The notes under the pieces are model-generated. The model saw nothing but the letters and a program-made list of their open reading frames with translations, did no database searches and was not told where the DNA came from. DNA of 64,000 bases. It comes from Ginglymostoma cirratum (Eukaryota). Positions 11,698 to 24,468 of the stretch are shown piece after piece. The stretch is from the NCBI GenBank assembly GCA_024137785.1, contig JAHRHZ010000102.1:1-64000 (forward strand), given 5' to 3'. Numbering within the stretch: the first letter of the stretch is position 1; every line of letters begins with the position of its first letter. The translations under genes were made by a program, and so were the position numbers.

Positions 11698-13274
11698 CCC
11701 CCTTCTCCTCCTCCTATACCTTCGCGGGTGTGATATACGCTGCAGCAAATACCCACAGCCCTTCAATCAAAACAAAAATGAATGGCAAGCTGAACGCATA
11801 TTTTGAGACTCGGTGACCAACAAATGCTATGTGTCTGTGAGGATGTTATTCCGATAAAGAAAATACGAACTGCACGACATTTCTGGGATTTAGATTTTCA
11901 CGTTAGAATATGATTCGATCCCTTGTTTGAAACAGAATAAATTTCTGGTGTAAGTGAACACAATCAGCACCGGACTGCAGGGAAAATGCACAAAGCCGAG
12001 CGAACCACGTACAAAATGACATCGTGCAACATACAGCTATTAAGCCTGTATTGCACAATAAACAGTCCGAAAAAAAATCCTTTGTCTCGAATGTTAAGCA
12101 GATTTACAATCCAAGAATGGCAGATCTGATCGCAAAATTGTTCTAGAGGCATTGCAGCTACGAGCTATGTTATCATAATTCCTTTCACTTTTCCTGTCTT
12201 TCTGCTTAGCCGGCTGTATTCTGGCGAAGATTTCTGCTTTTGGGCAAGAGCAAGCACCAGAGGGCACACGACACCGTGTTCTCCGAGTGGTTGTGTCAAA
12301 AATAATTTTTCCGATGTTGCTGCCGCAACACAACAAAAGTGAAGGCACCGAGAAAGGCATCAAGGGACCCTGTCTTCCTTCTCCATTTGCTTAACTACTC
12401 AGCTATGCCCGGCTACAATATCAATTTCCCACCAAATGCCATTACCCTGAAGTCAAAACAAAAATCAATGGAATGCTGAACGCATCTTGCGAGATTCGAT
12501 TGAGCAACAAATGTAATGTACCTGTGAGAAACAATAAACAGGTATGCTTTCGCATTTACATATTACCCGAAAAACACCGGACGACCAGGAAAATGCACCA
12601 AGCCGAGCAGGCCGTGCACTAGATGATACCGTTTGGCATACTTACAGTTGCCACAAGGAGATACGAAGAACTGCCGATTCTGGAGTCAGAGATAACGCAG
12701 TGTGAGGCTGGAGGAGCACGGTGGGCCAGGCACGACTGTTTTGCAGAATAAGTGGATCAAAGATAATCCTCCATCTGAAAAGCTGAGTAAGCATTACAAT
12801 CTGAGCACATTGTGAAGCTGTTCGAACCTCGACGCAGGTATGAGTTGCCATTTCCCTTGTCATTCTCCTCAACCATCCGTTTTCCTGCAGAAATCTCCAG
12901 ACCCGGGCATGGGCAAATGTCATACGGCAACTAGCTGATATGGATACCTGCGCGGGAAACGAAGAAAAGTGGCTCAATAAATTTTACTAAACTCCACGGT
13001 GCTTACATAGAGATGCACAAAAGGCAGGTTCTAAACATAGTGACGAAAGTAAAAGGCGATCAGACCAAAGAGGTGCTTACAGCATGTGATTGCTTTTTGC
13101 TCAAGAAGTGAAAAGCTGTTGCACCTGAGTGGCCATCACGTCTCTTGTTGCTGACTGAAGAAGATAAAAGTAGTTTCACTTGAGCTGCATGTGGCTCGCT
13201 TTCCTATCCCTCATTGTTTAGATTTTCTTGAGCCTCTGCGATATAAAGGGAAAAAAAGGGCACAATATCATTTA

Positions 13275-14674
13275 TAGATAACAAGGTATGGGGCTGGATG
13301 AACACAGCAGGCCAAGCAGCATCATTGGAGAAGGAAAGCTGGACGTTTCGGGCCGAGACACTTCATCAGAAATGGGGGAGGGGAAGAGGGTTCTGAAATA
13401 TATAGGGAGAGAGGGGGAGGCGGATAGAAGATGGATAGAGGAGAGGATAGGTGGAGATGAGGCAGAAAAGTCGAAGAGGCGGGGATGGAGCCAGTAAAGG
13501 CGAGTGCAGGTTGGGGTGGGGGAGCTGGGAGGAACTAAGTCAGTACAGGGAGGATTGACAGGTCAAGGCGGCGGGATGAGGTTAATAGATAGGAGATGAG
13601 GGTGGGGCTTTTTAGTGGGAGGAGGGGATAGGTGAGAGGAAGAACAGGTTAGGGAGGCGGGGACGAGCTGGGCTGGTTTTGGGATGCGGTTGGGGTAGGG
13701 GAGATTTTGAAGTTTGTGAAATCCACATTGATACCACTGGGCTGCAGGGTTCCCAGGCTGAATATGATTTGCTGTTCCTGCAGCCTTCGGTGGCATCACT
13801 GTGGCATTGCAGGAGGCCCAGGATGGACATGTCGTCTGAGGAATGGGAGGGGGGTGTTGAAATGGTTCGCGACTGGGAGGTGCAGTTGTTTATTGCGAAC
13901 CGAGCGCAGGTGATCTGCAAAGCGATCCCCAAGCCTCCGTTTGGTTTCCCCGATGTAGAGGAGGCCACAACGGGTACAGCGGATGCAGTGTGCACATTGG
14001 CAAATGTGCAGGTGAATATCTGTCTGATGTGGAAAGTCTTCTTGGGGCCTGGGATTGGGGTGAGGGAGGAGGTGTGGGGACAGTTGTAGCACTTCCTGCG
14101 GTTGCAGGGAAAAGTGCCGGGTGTGGTGGGGCTGGAGGGGAGTGTGGAGCGGACAAGGGAGTCACGGAGGGAGTGGTCCCTCTGGAAAGCAGACAAGGGT
14201 GGTGACGGAAAAATGTCTTTGGTGGTGGGGTCGGATTGCAGATGGCGGAAGTATTGGAGGATGATGCGTTGGATCCGGAGGTTGGTGGGGTGGTACGTGA
14301 GGACCAGGGGGATTCTTTTTTGCTAATTATTGCGGGGGCGGGGTGTGAGGGATGAGTTGCGGGAAATGCGGGAGACACGGTCGAGGGCGTTCTCGACAAC
14401 TGCGGGGGGGAATTTGCGGTCCTAGAAGAATGAGGACATTTGAGATGTGCGGGAGTGGAATGCTTCATCGTGGGAGCAGATGCGGTGAAGGCGAAGGAAT
14501 TAGGAATAGGGGATGGCATTTTTTACAGGAAGGTGGGTGGGAGGAGCGGTAGTCCAGGTAACTGTGGGAGTCTGTGGGCTTGAATTGGACATCGGTTTCT
14601 CGGTGGTTACCCGAGATGGAGACAGAGAGGTCCAGGAAGGAGAGAGAAGTGTTGGAGATGGTCCAGGTGATATC
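13275..14674 (-). mobile_element. 5'-truncated Penelope-like retroelement (RT C-terminus, Cys-rich linker, GIY-YIG endonuclease, hammerhead-bearing 3' end)
   Basis: SLSFLDLSV..FKPTDSHSYLDYRSSHP (RT), PCNRRKCYNCPH, CIRCTRCGLLYIGETKRRLGDRFADHLRSV..PVANHFN (GIY-YIG); frameshifted; 14-bp TSD CACAATATCATTTA at 13261-13274 and 14675-14688. Confidence 0.92.
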
Positions 14675-15362
14675 CACAATATCATTTAGTAGCCTGTCTT
14701 GTCATATCTTCAGTTTCCAATCCAACATGGCTTAGATTCAAGAGCACACTTTAATATAAGTTTCTGTACAAGAGCGCGCGTCCGTGAATCCATTCAGTGA
14801 CGTCTTTGACTGCATAAGCAGCTAATAATGTGTCCGGTGCTTAGAAATGCGACAATGTTTCTCAACTCCAAAACATGATTGAGGACTTCTGGTTTTGATT
14901 CACGCACTTTGAAACAGGGCAGACAGCAACGGAATTGGACCTCTCAGAGACTACTTTGAGATGCATTTGACAGAAACGGTAAATCGGGAACGCGTGGTGC
15001 ACTGTGACACCAGCACATCAGGCTTCTTCCTGACTTTGAACAGGGACGCTCTCGCATCAGAAGCAAATGTGATGCTGCTGCACTACAGAAAGAACACGGG
15101 CACACCAAATGCACCAATGTAAAGAGTGAGGATCGGTGCTCGACAAATCGGCCCATATTCAGGAGCGGGAAGGAAAGAAATGTAACAAAGCTTTCCACCA
15201 CAATGCATTGGAATTACCCTCCTTTCCACAACAAAAGTGTTACGACAACAGCAGTTTTGGGTGGCTTACCAGAATGAAAGGCTCGCTGACGACAAGAGCC
15301 AGGCAAGGCAGCTCTGTCCATGGAAATGCAAAAACTTTTTGTTGCAATAAGAGAAGACACAC

Positions 15363-15435
15363 TGTTTCTGCCTGGTTTCGAACCGGGGACTTTTCACGTG
15401 TGAAGCGAATGGGATAGCCACGACACGACAGAAAC
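15363..15435 (-). pseudogene. tRNA-Val(CAC)-derived, B-box intact
   Basis: GTTTCTGTCGTGTCGTGGCTATCCCATTCGCTTCACACGTGAAAAGTCCCCGGTTCGAAACCAGGCAGAAACA; D-arm mismatches. Confidence 0.85.
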
Positions 15436-15569
15436 ACAGCGACAAAGATGCCTACCCGGCTGTCCTTCGAACACCATTGAAATTTGCAGCCGTTCAACGT
15501 TTGATTTCTCTGTTTTAAATAGATTGATGCTGTCCAGCGTTATTGACATTGTTAAAAGTAAAAGATACC

Positions 15570-15960
15570 ACGTAAAATTGCCCAGAAAATGATCACGAGG
15601 ATGTTGCCAGAGCTGCAGGGTTTGGACTGTTGGGCGAGGCTGAACCGGCTGGGGCAATTTTTCCTGGAGCATCACAAGCTGAGGAACGACCTGATAGAAA
15701 TTTGTAAAATCATGAGGGATATATATAGGGGGAATAGTCAATGTCATTTTCCAAGAGTGGGCCCGAGCGCAAAACGAGAGGGCATATATTTCAGATGATA
15801 AGGGAATAAATTCCACGAGTTCTGAGGGGCATTTTTTCACGCCGAACGTGGTACGTGTATGGAGTGAACTGCCGGAGGAAGTGGTGGAGGCTCGTAAAAA
15901 TTACAACATTTCAAAGGCACCTGAATGCGTATATGAACCGGTTGGACTAAGAGGAATAAG
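15570..15960 (+). mobile_element. CR1-like LINE 3' fragment
   Basis: TRMLPELQGL..RLNRLGQFFLEHHKLRNDLIEICKIMR. Confidence 0.8.
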
Positions 15961-16669
15961 AGCCTTCCACAGGCGATGTGTTCGTTCACTTTAGCCAAAA
16001 ATGACCATTCTCTGTGACACCTTCCCAGGTTGTCAGTGAGGATTTTGGATTCAGGAAGATTCCTCACAAACCGTGTTTGCACCTCATGTCTCGACTGAAT
16101 CCCCTAACAGGCGGATCTTAACGCGCAACAGAAGCAAAAATGACAAGGTGAACGCATTTCTATACACACCGAAGCGCAAATGCTTTCTGTGAAGCACCTT
16201 TAGTTAAGAACTACTCATACAACTGGCATCAGGGCAATTCCAAATTGCTCCTCCAAATGTGCTGGAGGTTTAGTGCAACGCCACTTACTGGAAACTGCTC
16301 GAGTCAGGAAATAAAAGAATTGAGTAAGAATGTCCCTCGAAAATTGAATGCAAGCAATCACAGTCTCGATTAGATTAGGTTTCTCTTCTGGTCAGCAATG
16401 CGGGTGTGCCTGCACCGCATCCATTTCAGCGCGTCAGGAAAGTGGCTCATCAGCTCCTTTCTTGAAGGAAGTGAAAGAAATTTCACATCGAAATTACCCT
16501 CCTTTTCACCAAAAAAATGGCAAATAACTGCGAGTCGGTTCAATGCAGGATTTTGTTTCACAGCAGCAGCGAAATAACGATCTGCATTCACTTGCACCGT
16601 AAGAGTATAGCAACGCAACTTGCCTGGAACGTGAAGCTGCAGCACAGCCTGCTTGTGCCCGCTGTCATG

Positions 16670-16711
16670 CTGGGGGAATGCCGCATGTGTTAACCACTGC
16701 ACCATGGAAAC
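16670..16711 (-). pseudogene. 5' half of a tRNA-Val-derived sequence
   Basis: GTTTCCATGGTGCAGTGGTTAACACATGCGGC; 3' half not recognisable. Confidence 0.5.
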
Positions 16712-16799
16712 ACGCCGTTCACGCTGACCTATTGGAGGCTTTGTGCTGTCGCACATCAACGATAGCTTTGGGCAAAACAAAAGGGAGCTGAACATAGCT

Positions 16800-17880
16800 C
16801 ATCCCTGTTCTCTGCCTGTTTCACGTGTCTCTCTATTTACCACTTAAAAACTTTGCTTGCATTTCTGCTATGCCACCTACCCAGGCACTTCCTACCCTCT
16901 GTGGAAGAAAACTTTCCTCGCGCGTTTCATTTAAAATTTTCCCCTCTCACCCCAATCCTATCCCTGCTAATATTTGACGTTTCCCCCGGCAAAGAAATTC
17001 CCATTTTCCACACTATCCATGCCTCTCTTCATTTTGTATACCTCTCTTAGGCCACCCCTCAGCTTCTGTGCTCTAGCGAAATTAACTCCATATTTGTCCA
17101 CCATCTCCTCATAGCTCAATCCAGCCCACTCCAATCCAGCCAACATCCTGATAAACATCTTTTGCACACTCTCCAACGCCTCCACGTTTTTCCTGCAGTG
17201 TGGCGAAGAGGAGTGCGCACAGTACTCCAAATGCGGTCGAACTGAAGTCTTAAGTAGTTGCAATATGACTTGTAAACTTTATACTCACAGCTTCGATCGA
17301 TGAACGCAAGCATGCTGTATGTTTTCTTTACCACTTCAATCAATTGTGTTATCACATTCAGGAAGCAATGAATTTGCACACAGATCCCTCTGTACATCAA
17401 TGGTCCTAACCCTCCTGACATTTACTACAATCTTTCTTCCTATATTTTACCTCCAAAAATGCATTATACGTGTCCAGACAACTTTCCAGTTGATCTATAT
17501 CCTGTTTTATCCTTTGGTATCCTTCCTGCCAATCCACATGTCTACCAATTTTCTTGTCATCAGCAAACTTAATCAGACGATCGACATTATGATCTCAATT
17601 GCTCACAAAAACTTCAAACAGAGGTCCCAACATTATCCTTGTGAAACACCACTGGTAACAAACCTCCAGTCAGGAATACACCCCTCCATAATTATCCGCT
17701 GATTTCCCCGACCAAGCCAATTTTGTGTCCAACTTGCCAACATTATGGATTCCATGCGATTTATTCTTCCGGACCAAACTACCAGTAGGAACCTTGTTAA
17801 ATGTCTAAGTAAAGTCCATGTAGACAACATCCATTGCCTTAGCCGAAATAATCATCTTTTCCATTTCCTTTGGTTTCCCT
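16800..17880 (-). mobile_element. CR1-like LINE ORF2 fragment
   Basis: LLKTSVRPHLEYCAHSSSPH..LESVQKMFIRML; WRFVTSGVSQG. Confidence 0.85.
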
Positions 17881-19042
17881 TGTGCGAGAATCTGTAACCG
17901 GAGGGCATAAAATCCCAGCAAGGGCTGACTCATTCAAAACGGAGATGTGAAGGTTTGTCAGTGATTTTTAAATCTGCCTCAGAGTCTGTCACAGACTTTC
18001 GGTTATGTTCTTTTTGCAGAGTCCTTCCTTTACACTTAGAAAATGCTGGGAATACTCGCAATCTTGCCCCTCCTCTCCTGAAAAAATATTCACTGATCAA
18101 ACTAACACCGGTCACACAGGAAGAAAAATCTTCAGTGTCTTGGAAAACGTTCAGAAGGAGTCCTGTCATTTCTCTGCTGTAATCTTAGCAAAAAGATCAT
18201 TCTCACTTGGATTATGTTTGCCACAGAAAGTGCAGGGAAAGGGCGGAGACTTGATGCGATCTTCAGTGCGTCCTAAGGACAAATGTTTGCCCACAAGTTT
18301 TATTCACTCGGTTTCATGACCTGTTTCTGAAATTTCAATATGAGGCAATTTTCAGGTTTCTAACTTTAGACTCACTGTTCTTGCAATAAAGCCACATGAG
18401 ATATATTTCCTGGAGAGTTTGCCTCTAAATCAGACAGCAATCAGGAAGGGGACAACATCAACCAACATTCGAACTGAACTTTTTATTTGCCATTGGAGTT
18501 TACCGACACAGTTTATAAAATTCAGCCTCACTGTTAACGTGAAGAGGGGCCGTGGGATTGCAGTTTCCTCTCCTGCAGTCGAATAAAGATCATTTTAACT
18601 GTAAAAGGAATTGTTGTAGTTTGGAAATTGTTGTAGTTGAATTGTTGTAGTTTCAGGATCAGGAGATTGTAGTTTTCTCCCTGGCTCGATTGCAGTTCAC
18701 AACGTCCTTATACTTCCAAGTCAATATTATTCATCCGACTGAAGCCGTGATGAGGTTTGACTTTCTGTTGCATACGAACGAGAATCCTATCATTGTCTCA
18801 CATTTGTAAACGTCACCAAGAACATCCGAGTTAATGTCCCAGCAGCATCAACGGAAGTGAAGCTGAAATAGTCCCACAAGCTGCGAGTAGTCACTTTTCC
18901 ATTTCCTAAACCCACTGACCCAATCATGCGGCCCCCGGGAATGGCAAGGAAACAAAACAGAAAACCAAGTCTCAGCTTTATGAATCTTTAGGGTCTTTAA
19001 AGGGATTCCTGTCAGAGCTGCTCTGCTTCTGCTGTGGTTACT

Positions 19043-19112
19043 ATCATGAACCAGGAATGGAAGCCAAGTCATAGCGGTGAAAGCACCGAATCGCAACCAA
19101 GACCGAGAAGGA
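19043..19112 (-). pseudogene. tRNA-Glu(UUC)-derived
   Basis: ...GGTTGCGATTCGGTGCTTTCACCGCTATGACTTGGCTTCCATTCCTGG. Confidence 0.65.
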
Positions 19113-21001
19113 ATCAATTGCATGAATATTTCTTTCGATTTAATTTCATCAAACATACCCTTTTCATGTCTCCATTTGATGTTAGAATAATAAATACGTT
19201 CATCCATCCATTTGAAAGCGGAGCGATAACACACCTCTGGGAGAATTTGAATCCACTCGAGAAAAGGCACCAGATAGAAGCAGGAATTGTGTCTCCGAGA
19301 GACGATTCACTTCCTAATTATTAGGGCATAACTTTCGTTTCCAATTACAAAATAAACTCAATTCCGTTGATAATAGTCCACGGGGACACAGACGCCACAC
19401 ATTTCAAAACCATGAATTGTTTTTATTGTCAATGCTATTCAGCTGCATGCTTTCACGAAATGTATTTCCAACTAAATTTCTTTTATCTGTTTTTAAAAAT
19501 CTTAATCAGTTCTGTCGCAATATATAATGGGCTTCACTTTCGATAATATGCCGCATTTTTCAAAACCAAGAGCGTTTTCAGTCACTCTTCATCATCTGTT
19601 CACAAAATTTCTTCACACCTAAAGTCATTCAAATTCGAATTGATTTCCCCGCCTGACCCTGCCACCACCCTTGCCCTGCCACCCACCATTCGCCCTGCAC
19701 CTCCCCACAAGATCCCCGTAAGACCCGGCCATTGACTCTCTCCCCTTGTGAAATTCATTCCTTGTATGTTTGCTCATATTATTTTTAAACACTCTGGAAT
19801 AATTTAAACACTCTGGAATCAGCTTCTACCTTTATTTCTGGAAAACCGTTGCCAATTTAAATAACTCTCCGAGTGAAAGAAAATCTGCTCTAATGTTTTC
19901 TTCCTCATTCACTGATAGTTTTGAATCTCTAACCTCTCTGAACTTGATTCTCACGAAAGAGGGAATGCTCCTCCTGTACAGGCATTCTGAAACTCGCATC
20001 GTCAGGAAAATCTACATTAGTTTACTTCCAAATTTTCTAAGTTTCAGGTGCAACTTTTCCAACTGTTGCAACATCACATAAACATAATCCTGCGTCCTGT
20101 CCACTATCCCAATATAATCATCTGTGCACTTTCTAACCTCTGTGTTGGTGGTGAAGACTTATGACAAAGATTACATGCAATGATCCAATTGAGGCTGAAC
20201 TACAGACATTGCAGTTGTAAAGTGATCTTTCGCTTAATTAATATGATTTTTCCATTTATAGTCTCAACTAACTCAAATTATTGTCTAACCATCATGGACA
20301 ACATCTCTATGTGGACTAAATGCTTTCGACTCATCTCCTTTGGTACTTTCAAGGAATTTGGGAACGGCTTGTAAGGTCAACATCCCTAAATACCCGTAAC
20401 CCGAGTGACTCTCAACAATTTCCAAGGTAAGAGATATTCAACCACCTCTCTGTGGGGCTGTAGGCACTTCCAGTGCAGACTGGTCAAGGAAAGTCAATTC
20501 CTTCACCAAAGGTCAAAATGTATCTGAAATTTATATTGAAGAAAAAAAACTCTCCTGCCTATTGTGTATGATATTTCGATGTTGATGCTCCGTTTGCGCA
20601 TCACGTTGTGCTTCCCTGTATTGAATTCTACTGACTGGTTACTTTCTGAACGAACATATTTTCCTCACCTCTCGATATTCTAAACTGTGTAGCTCATTGA
20701 CTGATATTATTTGTATGCTCTCAGAGGACAGTCCTCACATCCCTGGGATGAATCCTGAGGTGAACTCGAAGGCAAGTATTCATTTCTCCGGGCTAGGAAA
20801 TCATTACTGTACTGACCTGCATTTGTGCGCTCATTCAAACCAAGACTGTTGCAGAAAGACTTTTACATTCACTTTTTGCAATCTGATTTACATGAAGGTT
20901 GACCCAACCCTTCACTGTCGTTCGTCTACTGATGGTAACATTTCCTGTATCATTTAGAATGACATCCAAATTTGTCTGAACACGGATGTCTTAACATCCA
21001 A

Positions 21002-21205
21002 GATAAAAGGTACTGCAGATGCTGGAGAATCCGATACAACAAGGTGTGGGGCTGGATGAACACAGCAGACCAAACAGCATCATCAGAGCAGGAAAGCTTG
21101 ATGATACAGGCCGAGACCCTTCATCAGAAATTTCAGAAACGTCAAGCTTTCCTGCTCCGATGATGTTGCTTGGCCGGCTGTGTTCATCCAGCCCCACACC
21201 TTGTC
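21002..21205. mobile_element. Fold-back insertion of two inverted Penelope termini with a 16-bp TSD
   Basis: Arms of about 55 bp at 21039-21093 and 21140-21204 are near reverse complements; ATGTCTTAACATCCAA (20986-21001) / ATGTCTGAACATCCAA (21206-21221). Confidence 0.85.
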
Positions 21206-21365
21206 ATGTCTGAACATCCAAATTCGCTGTTCTATTTTCATCATCCCATTAAGTATTTTAACATCACATAATTTTGTCAGTTTGTCTTACTTTGCCAACA
21301 TTTTCAAACAATTTAAATCGTAGTTACAAAACTGATAGAATCTAGTAGTTTAGTCAATTCGTAAA

Positions 21366-21437
21366 CGCCACAGAAGCAAGTGGGAGTGCGTTGGTCACGT
21401 AAGTCGAAGGTCATGGGTTGGATCCCTCCCTGTGCCT
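21366..21437 (+). pseudogene. tRNA-Thr(CGU)-derived, degenerate
   Basis: ..CAAGTGGGAGTGCGTTGGTCACGTAAGTCGAAGGTCATGGGTTGGATCCCTCCCTGTGCCT. Confidence 0.65.
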
Positions 21438-23296
21438 CCTACCGTATGAGTTGTTAATTCCCGACCCAAAATGTCTGTCATTCTCCTTTTGGCCCCTGAC
21501 CCTTCCTTGGAGTGAACTCGGCAGATGTGATCTTAGTGTGACTGAGTTTCCCGTTTGCTTTGAAGGAGTAAAGACGAGCGTTTCAAACCTTAAAAGGGCA
21601 ATGGCATCAGTACGAACTTAGGACTGAAGTGAAATGGAAAATTAAGTTAAGAATTGACCCAGTATAGGTGCGATTGCGGAGATTTAAGTACCTATTTCAG
21701 AATGGAAAAGAATGCCATTGTCTTCGTCAGTTTTCCAATGCATTTGAAGATGAGCACACGTTTTTTGCAGCCTCATCTGGCTTCACAATTCCATTGCATC
21801 ACATCACCCAGAAGGTAAGAGTCAGGCAAATAGAGACGCAGAAGGAGAAAAACACCTTCAGTGCACGTGCAATGACAGATAAAGTGCTGAGGAGACACGC
21901 AGCACGGTGAGATGAAGCGAGATTATTTATGTGAAAGGGTTCCTTACATAACCTATGTTACATGAAGACTCCCCTACATTGGAAAAATATATTTCCTTCC
22001 ATGAAACTCTGATGAATAACTAAATATTTGCCTCGCTACAGCACAATGCTTTGAGGCAGTGACGTAATGTCTTCTGTAGCAGTGTGGCCTTGTGAAAGGA
22101 CGCGAGGACTATCAACCGAATTCAATGCACTAAAGGATACCTATGAGATGTAAAATGTATTTGCTGCTCCTGTAAGTTGATTTCAATCGCTTTATCCTCT
22201 GTCTTCCTCAGTTTCCTGCTTCCAGTAAGCACTTCAAACCCGAAAAATGTATCATGTGTTTACACTTCCACGCTTTATTGTAACCACCCCCCACCCGAGC
22301 TGACACATGGACGATTGACAGATTGGCCGTCTCTGAGTCTCTCACTCTGGCATTACCTGAATGGTAATGTGCAATTTACCTGATCCACAGAACACAGTGC
22401 AGCACGTTCCCACGTTGATTCAGAGAGCGCCGTTCTCCCATTGACATGCACATGCTGTGCAGATATGGTTCGTTTGTGTAAATATAACCCTTGTCTAACT
22501 TTTCAAATTCTGCTGATCTGATTCTGATTTCACACAGAATCACAAATTTGTCACAGCGCTTACGTAGACTATGCAGCCCAGCTTAGCTGTGCCCATTCTC
22601 CACAATGAGTGCATTGGTATACCTTTTAGTGTCATTCTCTTGACTTCTCCCTGGAACTCAGTGCTACTTTGAACATAACGAACTAATTCACTTTTCAATA
22701 ATTTTATTGAGCCTGCTTTTTGTCACAATCAGACAGTGATTACAGATCCTGGTCACTCCCTGAGTGAAAACATTGTTTCTCATGTCACTTTTACTTCTTT
22801 TCCCAATCACTTTAATTCTCTGCCTAATTGTTCAAGATCCTTTCACACATGGGAGCATTTTCTCCTTGCTGACTCTGCGTAGACCCCTCATGACTTGGAA
22901 AGCTTCAAATAGACCCATTTTAACCCTTCGGTTCTCCAAGGAGAACTGCCACAATTTTCCAATCTATCTTCACTGCTGACATTCCACATACAGAGCACCA
23001 TTCATGTGAACCTGTTCAGCTCTATCTCCACTCACTTCGCGTACCCTTTTACTGACATTATCCACCCAAATCATTGTGATAGCCCAAGTGGAGCATAGCT
23101 CAACGTCAGACTGCGTGGATAAATAATCTGAATGAATTGTTTTGACTTTCAATACATGCGTTTCTGGGCCATGCTCACGACAAAGACACCTCTGCTCCAG
23201 AAGCTCAATCCTATTTCAAGAAGCCCAACTTCATGAAGTGCTGCCCAATTTCAAAAAGCTGATCGGGAGGCCTGGAAATCTAAAATCAAACAACCA

Positions 23297-23355
23297 GAGC
23301 TCGTCCGACATTTGAATCCAGGACCTCACACATTCTGGTTGACTGCAAATGAGCC
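23297..23355 (-). pseudogene. tRNA-Pro-derived, internal deletion removing the anticodon
   Basis: GGCTCATT...AGAATGTGTGAGGTCCTGGATTCAAATGTCGGACGAGCTC; retains AGAATGTG as in the 63760 intron. Confidence 0.65.
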
Positions 23356-24379
23356 AGTAAAACTCTTGCATTTCTACCATGGAACCAGGTGTGAATCAGA
23401 AGACCGTTTCAAGAACATCTTCCCATTCTGTCTCCCTGCTCCCGGGCGGTATTGTTACTCCCTTGCCCTGGGACCGAGCACTCGCCACTGGTGGCACAAA
23501 CTATTTTCTTCCACTTGCAAACAGTTTTGGGAGAGAGAGGCGCGCATGCACTCTTCTGATCCCTCGCAAATTCTTGAGGGGCGGTCACTGACACACAAGA
23601 CACGCAGGAAATTATCAACTTTGGTTGGGAACTTCCGACAAATGTCTGTCATCCGAGACAGAGAAAGATGCTGAGCTGCTGAAAAAGAGAGAAATGAACA
23701 CCAGAGATTCTTCTCTCAGGTAAATCAGCGTGAATTATTTTTGTGCAGCCTGATTGGTGTTCAGAATTCGTCTTCACACAGCAAACCTGCGTAAAAACTT
23801 TTGCAACGCGGCCATCGGTTTCTTTGCTTCTTTGGGCAGGAGTTAATATCTGACGCCAGAAATCCCAGATTAGGAGCATCCGAATAGAACTCTCACTCAT
23901 GGCGTCAGTCCTGTGCAAAAAGAATCTGTTAAGCACATCGATCCCGCGGAGAGTACCTGTCACTTTTATCTCACTGTGGTTATTCAGGAGTGTTGATATC
24001 TGTCCTAATAATGGCGCCTGTGTTGCCATGCTGTCTCCGATAGGCTGATCCATCACTTGATTTATTATTGTCATGATCCTCTTGTTGTTCACAACTTTCC
24101 ATTTCATCGGGAGGAGCCTGTTGTCTGAAACAGCGCAGAGAATTAATGCAGGGAGTCCAGAGCATCGAAAACACTGCAATTAATGCGTTTCAACCTCATT
24201 TGTTTTGTACGGAGGTTTCATCGGATTGCTTGTGCTAACATCCTGAGATATCTGTTTTCGTTATCAACAAGTGCTTCCGTTTGCTCTATCCTGACTTCAG
24301 GAAGTCCGAACTCATTGAACACCGTTTTTTTGAGCGGTAAGCTGATCGGGAAATTTGGCAAAACAGATAGAAGCAATAA

Positions 24380-24468
24380 GGGATCATCTAGGATTTGGGC
24401 CCGGGACCTCTTGTATGTCCACTCTGCACAACCCCAAAGCAAGATTCATACCACTAAACCAACGCGCC
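24380..24468 (-). pseudogene. tRNA-Pro(UGG)-derived with a 17-nt intron (24416-24432)
   Basis: GGCGCGTTGGTTTAGTGGTATGAATCTTGC TT TGG G [GTTGTGCAGAGTGGACA] T ACAAGAGGTCCCGGGCCCAAATCCTAGATGATCCC. Confidence 0.85.

Larger units (their letters stand above)
20920..23450. repeat. Segmental duplicate, direct copy at about 61580-63990
   Basis: Colinear matches, e.g. 21780-21960 with 62245-62430 (CCCAGAAGGTAAG..CAATGACAGATAAAGTGCT..TTATTTATGTGAAAGG). Confidence 0.85.

Noticed and set aside
13890-14519. 209-aa Pro/Ser-rich ORF (longest in the window)
   Set aside because: Alternative frame of the C-rich Penelope strand; the RT/GIY-YIG motifs are in other frames.
19784-19820. Short perfect tandem duplications (also 40957-40993, 49972-50006, 58780-58810)
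   Set aside because: Ordinary slippage duplications with no further structure.
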